A stretch of 64,000 nucleotides of DNA from the IMG/VR virus record IMGVR_UViG_3300042514_001512; one strand, 5' to 3'. The first letter of the stretch is position 1. Each line of letters opens with the position of its first letter. Positions 61,101 to 64,000 of the stretch are shown here, piece after piece. Below the pieces are notes generated by a model. That model made no database searches. It was not told the DNA's origin and saw only the letters and a program-made list of their open reading frames with translations. This DNA comes from an uncultured virus (IMG/VR IMGVR_UViG_3300042514_001512) (lineage: Duplodnaviria > Heunggongvirae > Uroviricota > Caudoviricetes). A program made the position numbers and the translations under genes.

Positions 61101-63627
61101 GACAGCTTCTTCAATTTCTAATACATGGGGTTTTACTAACAGAGTAAAAGTTACTAGTGGTGTTGGTGGGGCACCTAAATATCATTTAAATCAACCAATT
61201 AAACCTGGTTTTAAAAATATTAGACATAATTTAACAAATAATTTTGATACCGATACTTATAGTAACCAAAATTTATATTTTGATTCCTTCCATTATCAAC
61301 CGAGTCCGACTGGCCCCGCGGCTTTTAGTGGATTTAATTCTAATTTACAAACTTACTATTCTTCATTAGATAATGGTAGTATGTTGTTCACACCTCAAGT
61401 TGGTACTCCTAATTTAGATACTGGTTTTAATTCTGACACAACTTACGGTGTTAATGTTGATGGTAACATTAATTACTTTGCTAGAGAATTTAATTCACAA
61501 CCAGGTTTATATGACCCAAATACATATAACTACCTCGCTCCCATAAATCCTTATAATGTTCCAAACACTAATTTTCCAAACACTGTAAGTCGTGGATATT
61601 ACGATAATGAAATTATTGAAGGAGGGTCTGGAATGTATTGTCAAACTTTTGTAAGAAGTCTTAGCACACCAGCAGCTATGGGTGGAACCTACGACTATAA
61701 TTCATATTATTATGCACCAAAATACCCTATTGCTAACATGTCATATAATTTGGGTGGTGCTCGAAAAATAATAATGAGGTCAGATAGATTACCTACATCT
61801 ACTACATTACAAAATAATTTAAATAATAGTTTTGCATTACATAACAATGTTAATTTCTCAGTATATTCGATTAGTGATGATGGTACTTCAGTGCAAGCTC
61901 AAGGTGTTGGTGGTGGACAATCGGGAAGTATAACGGGTAATACTGCGGACTCATTAAGTGATGGTGAGACGGAACCTCAAATTATTAGTTCTGTTATTGA
62001 CTCATTCAACTGTGGGGCGATGATTAATTTAGATTGTTATAAAGAGGTTAATGGTGAGTTAGTTGTTGACTATACCGGACCTTGTGGGTATACCTTTTGG
62101 AATCAGAAACTGGTAACAAAGGGATGTTATACTTTTGTAACTACAATTTTTTTATCATTAGTCTCAGACTTTAAATTATTAACCGAGTGGGTTAGTCGTT
62201 TATTAATAACATTTGCCGCATGTCGAAACGTGTGGGGGCATCTGTTCACAAATAATTGGATTAATGGTACTTTATACGCATTTAATTTTAATAATGATGT
62301 CACATTTACATCTCCATTATCACCAAATCCAAATCAAGCAAGATATTCTTATTGTGATGATGTGGTTATATTTCATAATACTACTAACACATTTTATTAT
62401 CGAAGTAGCCCATGGGACCGAACTGACTTTATTGGGCAAAATAGAGCAACACCAAATACTTTTACTTCGGCATTATTTGGGGGGTATGGTGGAAATATGT
62501 ATAATTTATTATACCCAACGACCATTATGGATTTAGGCCCAAGAAATGATTATTTACAAGATATTGTAATGTCAGATAAATATGATGGATATGTCGCTAA
62601 TAAATTAAAATCAACTACTTTCTCAGATGTTACTGAATTATTAAATTTGTTCGTAATTACTAGGCTGGCTAATTCAAGTTTCTTACAACTATTAATTGGT
62701 GGAGGAAATGTGTTCTCATATTTTAGTAGAGTTAAAAATATGGTTGATGGGGATTACGCTCAGTCGATTTCAATTAATTCAGAACTTGGAGTCGCACCAT
62801 TTCAATCGGCAAATTACCCCGACAGACCTGGACAAGATTCTATTTATATTAATACGCTTTCGGATGATGACCAAGTATTTGGAATATTCTACCAATCAGA
62901 TACAAGACTAAGAGATTTAATTAGCCCAAAAAGGACAATTATTGACGATACTGTTCCGGCAACTAATGTGTGTGCGTTTAGTAATATTGAAGTTTCTTCC
63001 CAGGACGTTCCATTTTATCAATGGGAAGTTAGGACAAATAAAGTTGGTTCAAACGATAGTATTTTTGGTAGTCAAGTTAATGGGTGGATGACTGACCCGT
63101 TATCTACAACTAGTTTCTTTACTAAGAAATATCAAAGTTTAGATAGAATAGAATCAGCGTCAAGATATTTTAGAACTAATTCTACCGCAATGACTAAGTA
63201 CTTTAAGGGTTATCTATATAGTGTTGAACCAAAGACCGTTACAGGTGTTTGTAGTATTTTTGGTAATGTTTTAACAATTTATTCTCCCATTCCACAACTT
63301 TTACAAGAAGGGTTTGTATTAAGTGCCGCAGGGATTATTCCAAACACTACGATAATAAGTCAATTAACTGTAACATTACCAAGTACAGCTGCGGGTGGTT
63401 CAGGTACTTATCTTATTGATACTCCGCAAAATTTTGTTGGAGGGCCATTTACCGCAGTAGGGTTTATATATAGCGCGGTATTAAGTACTCAAGACCAAAA
63501 CACCCCTAAAGGTAGAGTAATAAACACAGGAGCTCCTTTCTATTTCTATTTTGGTTTGAAGAGAGGTGGTACCGCATTTGATAGATTTGTGATTAAATGG
63601 GTCGATACTAATAATATAACTGCGTAA
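58147..63627 (+). CDS. Large baseplate-region protein (1826 aa) with an Ig-like N-terminus and a long hydrophobic tract
   Basis: GVIVGRV...GIPNAKVSVF, TNDSGDYMIFGVP; hydrophobic residues ~511-579. Confidence 0.6.
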   Translation: MSNSYRIRTKPGVDSSIKILIDQEFEYLEILSLKILQSQIYTRQCSDYGVIVGRVSINNGFGIPNAKVSVFIPLDSMDENDPVISELYPYKTLSDLNEDGYRYNLLPYKQQHPGHNPTGTFFTREDVLINPTLIEVYDKYYKYNAITNDSGDYMIFGVPVGAQTVVVDLDLSDIGEFSLAPQDLIRMGITTESQVSGTNFKSSTNLRELPQIITFVRNLEVEPLWGQPEICNLGITRTDFDLSAEFNINITPTAIFMGSLVSSIEEQYVKKSCKPTLTSGALCSLVAGPGEILAIRHTIAQDSNGRPILETIDLESGGQVIDENGTWLVDLPMNLDYVITNEFGEQVISDDPKNGIPTKGRYRFKVKWNQSPSVSADPIKRGYFLVPNIKEYGWRKTGNINVDPLTNNTATILNRDAAQRSYAFSLDWADYGLTGTSMGNQMIDEAIRCEDKFYEFQYNKVYTVSQLITQYRNGYGNWRIIAIKDILDSDVNCSSDNNKFPTNDAVYRFDLLYLLFTIMMFVFRPILYVLLLVVHILAFFLMIVGPILAIIAVIVILIVITVCTLINGIIWIINILGSLDYLDCPDGGDIERAVDLLLNLYKKFTNLRLPNLSYPDCEFCQCTDGDAITIDVSQYPSAVASTQQTAQEAGINAVLTPFELSTSYNATSPFNTDNLVYESLFAGTPLGNANQANNPLKAQTRTPQIKKVTGGGGNQGNDYEFTTSLTQAERLNLFNTKAKFFRNDINNNPGGGVNIINVSFNPNDIGVTHQDNVIVLMVEPGSADTFLPGNLITFQDPTNSTDPNITGFTSINDYGTTSSTGTTVNNKPGSTSNVGNITVQYADYANANGPALTKTYTSQQAEDDVQYAKFPMDVEYFQVITAQTYSDYLTICNQPGSFGTYHGLNNRFIDNHMKFNRIYGKPFSLGFWINELNINYPTGFPLLKPSTYFPEFNEQIVVFLVRGVDPYSTRSNCEYDLSVLYGDVVTASSISNTWGFTNRVKVTSGVGGAPKYHLNQPIKPGFKNIRHNLTNNFDTDTYSNQNLYFDSFHYQPSPTGPAAFSGFNSNLQTYYSSLDNGSMLFTPQVGTPNLDTGFNSDTTYGVNVDGNINYFAREFNSQPGLYDPNTYNYLAPINPYNVPNTNFPNTVSRGYYDNEIIEGGSGMYCQTFVRSLSTPAAMGGTYDYNSYYYAPKYPIANMSYNLGGARKIIMRSDRLPTSTTLQNNLNNSFALHNNVNFSVYSISDDGTSVQAQGVGGGQSGSITGNTADSLSDGETEPQIISSVIDSFNCGAMINLDCYKEVNGELVVDYTGPCGYTFWNQKLVTKGCYTFVTTIFLSLVSDFKLLTEWVSRLLITFAACRNVWGHLFTNNWINGTLYAFNFNNDVTFTSPLSPNPNQARYSYCDDVVIFHNTTNTFYYRSSPWDRTDFIGQNRATPNTFTSALFGGYGGNMYNLLYPTTIMDLGPRNDYLQDIVMSDKYDGYVANKLKSTTFSDVTELLNLFVITRLANSSFLQLLIGGGNVFSYFSRVKNMVDGDYAQSISINSELGVAPFQSANYPDRPGQDSIYINTLSDDDQVFGIFYQSDTRLRDLISPKRTIIDDTVPATNVCAFSNIEVSSQDVPFYQWEVRTNKVGSNDSIFGSQVNGWMTDPLSTTSFFTKKYQSLDRIESASRYFRTNSTAMTKYFKGYLYSVEPKTVTGVCSIFGNVLTIYSPIPQLLQEGFVLSAAGIIPNTTIISQLTVTLPSTAAGGSGTYLIDTPQNFVGGPFTAVGFIYSAVLSTQDQNTPKGRVINTGAPFYFYFGLKRGGTAFDRFVIKWVDTNNITA

Positions 63628-63628
63628 T

Positions 63629-64000
63629 ATGGGGAATAGAATAGATACTCGAGTAGTTTTAGGGTCATTAAGGTACAAGTCGGCACCTGACACAAACCTA
63701 ATGTTTAATGTACCTTTAGTTCAAACTAATAAGGAGAATATTGAATTTGATAGGAATATTAATATTGACTTACAACAAGTTTTTGATGATGAAAGACAAA
63801 AATCCGACACATTTAGACCTGTATGCAAGTTCTCATTATTATTTAACAATTCTTATAGTGGGTCAACTAATTACGTACCATTAGAAAATAATTTATATTA
63901 TGTTAACGCTGTTGCAGCTGCTAAACTACAATGTGGGTATAATCCACAAACTGTTCTTTGGTCAGGGTTTCCACAATATAATGAGTTTGACTTTGTTCGC
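63629..64000 (+). CDS. 3'-truncated hypothetical (probably structural) protein
   Basis: ATG 1 bp after the previous stop; MGNRIDTRVVLGSLRYKSAPD... open to the window end. Confidence 0.75.
   Translation, partial: MGNRIDTRVVLGSLRYKSAPDTNLMFNVPLVQTNKENIEFDRNINIDLQQVFDDERQKSDTFRPVCKFSLLFNNSYSGSTNYVPLENNLYYVNAVAAAKLQCGYNPQTVLWSGFPQYNEFDFVR

Noticed and set aside
1..64000. Stop-codon reassignment
   Set aside because: Genes are full length in code 11, and TAA, TAG and TGA all end genes.
1..64000. tRNA or rRNA genes
   Set aside because: Intergenic gaps are short and none showed a cloverleaf; the 13-nt 16S-like match near 16076 is far too short to be an rRNA gene.
1..64000. Eukaryotic giant virus origin (PolB, SNF2, eukaryote-like RNR, GT60)
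   Set aside because: Tail sheath, tube, gp25/gp6 baseplate genes, operons and intrinsic terminators identify a tailed bacteriophage.

Overview
A 64-kb, AT-rich, densely coding segment of a large T4-like (contractile-tailed) bacteriophage genome in genetic code 11. The host is probably a Bacteroidota (no Shine-Dalgarno sites, eukaryote-like class Ia RNR). The window holds neck, tail and baseplate genes interleaved with replication genes (PolB, SNF2 helicase, gp32-like SSB, RecA/UvsX, FEN/RNase H, DnaB-like helicase, nrdAB). The main candidate system is at 1-16 kb. A very large Thr/Pro 'mucin-like' protein (frame open from base 1 to 3807; the ORF track shows only its last 511 aa) is followed directly by a block of six glycosyltransferase-like genes plus a methyltransferase. 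The block starts with a GT60 (Gnt1/OGNT-type polypeptide alpha-GlcNAc transferase) homologue. A 2OG-Fe(II) oxygenase lies nearby, and Thr/Pro inserts also occur in a BppU-like protein and in the tail sheath. Together these suggest a phage-encoded mucin-type O-glycosylation pathway for the virion (inference). Other signals absent from the ORF track: a probable +1 frameshift (TTT TTT CGG) in the tail chaperone, a 54-aa ribbon-helix-helix gene with candidate operators, an HNH endonuclease relic and a recurrent TATTTAT upstream motif. The track also contains a SOD fused to a nuclease-like domain and a 69-residue hydrophobic tract in a baseplate-region protein. All family calls come from motifs recognised by eye; no database searches were run.
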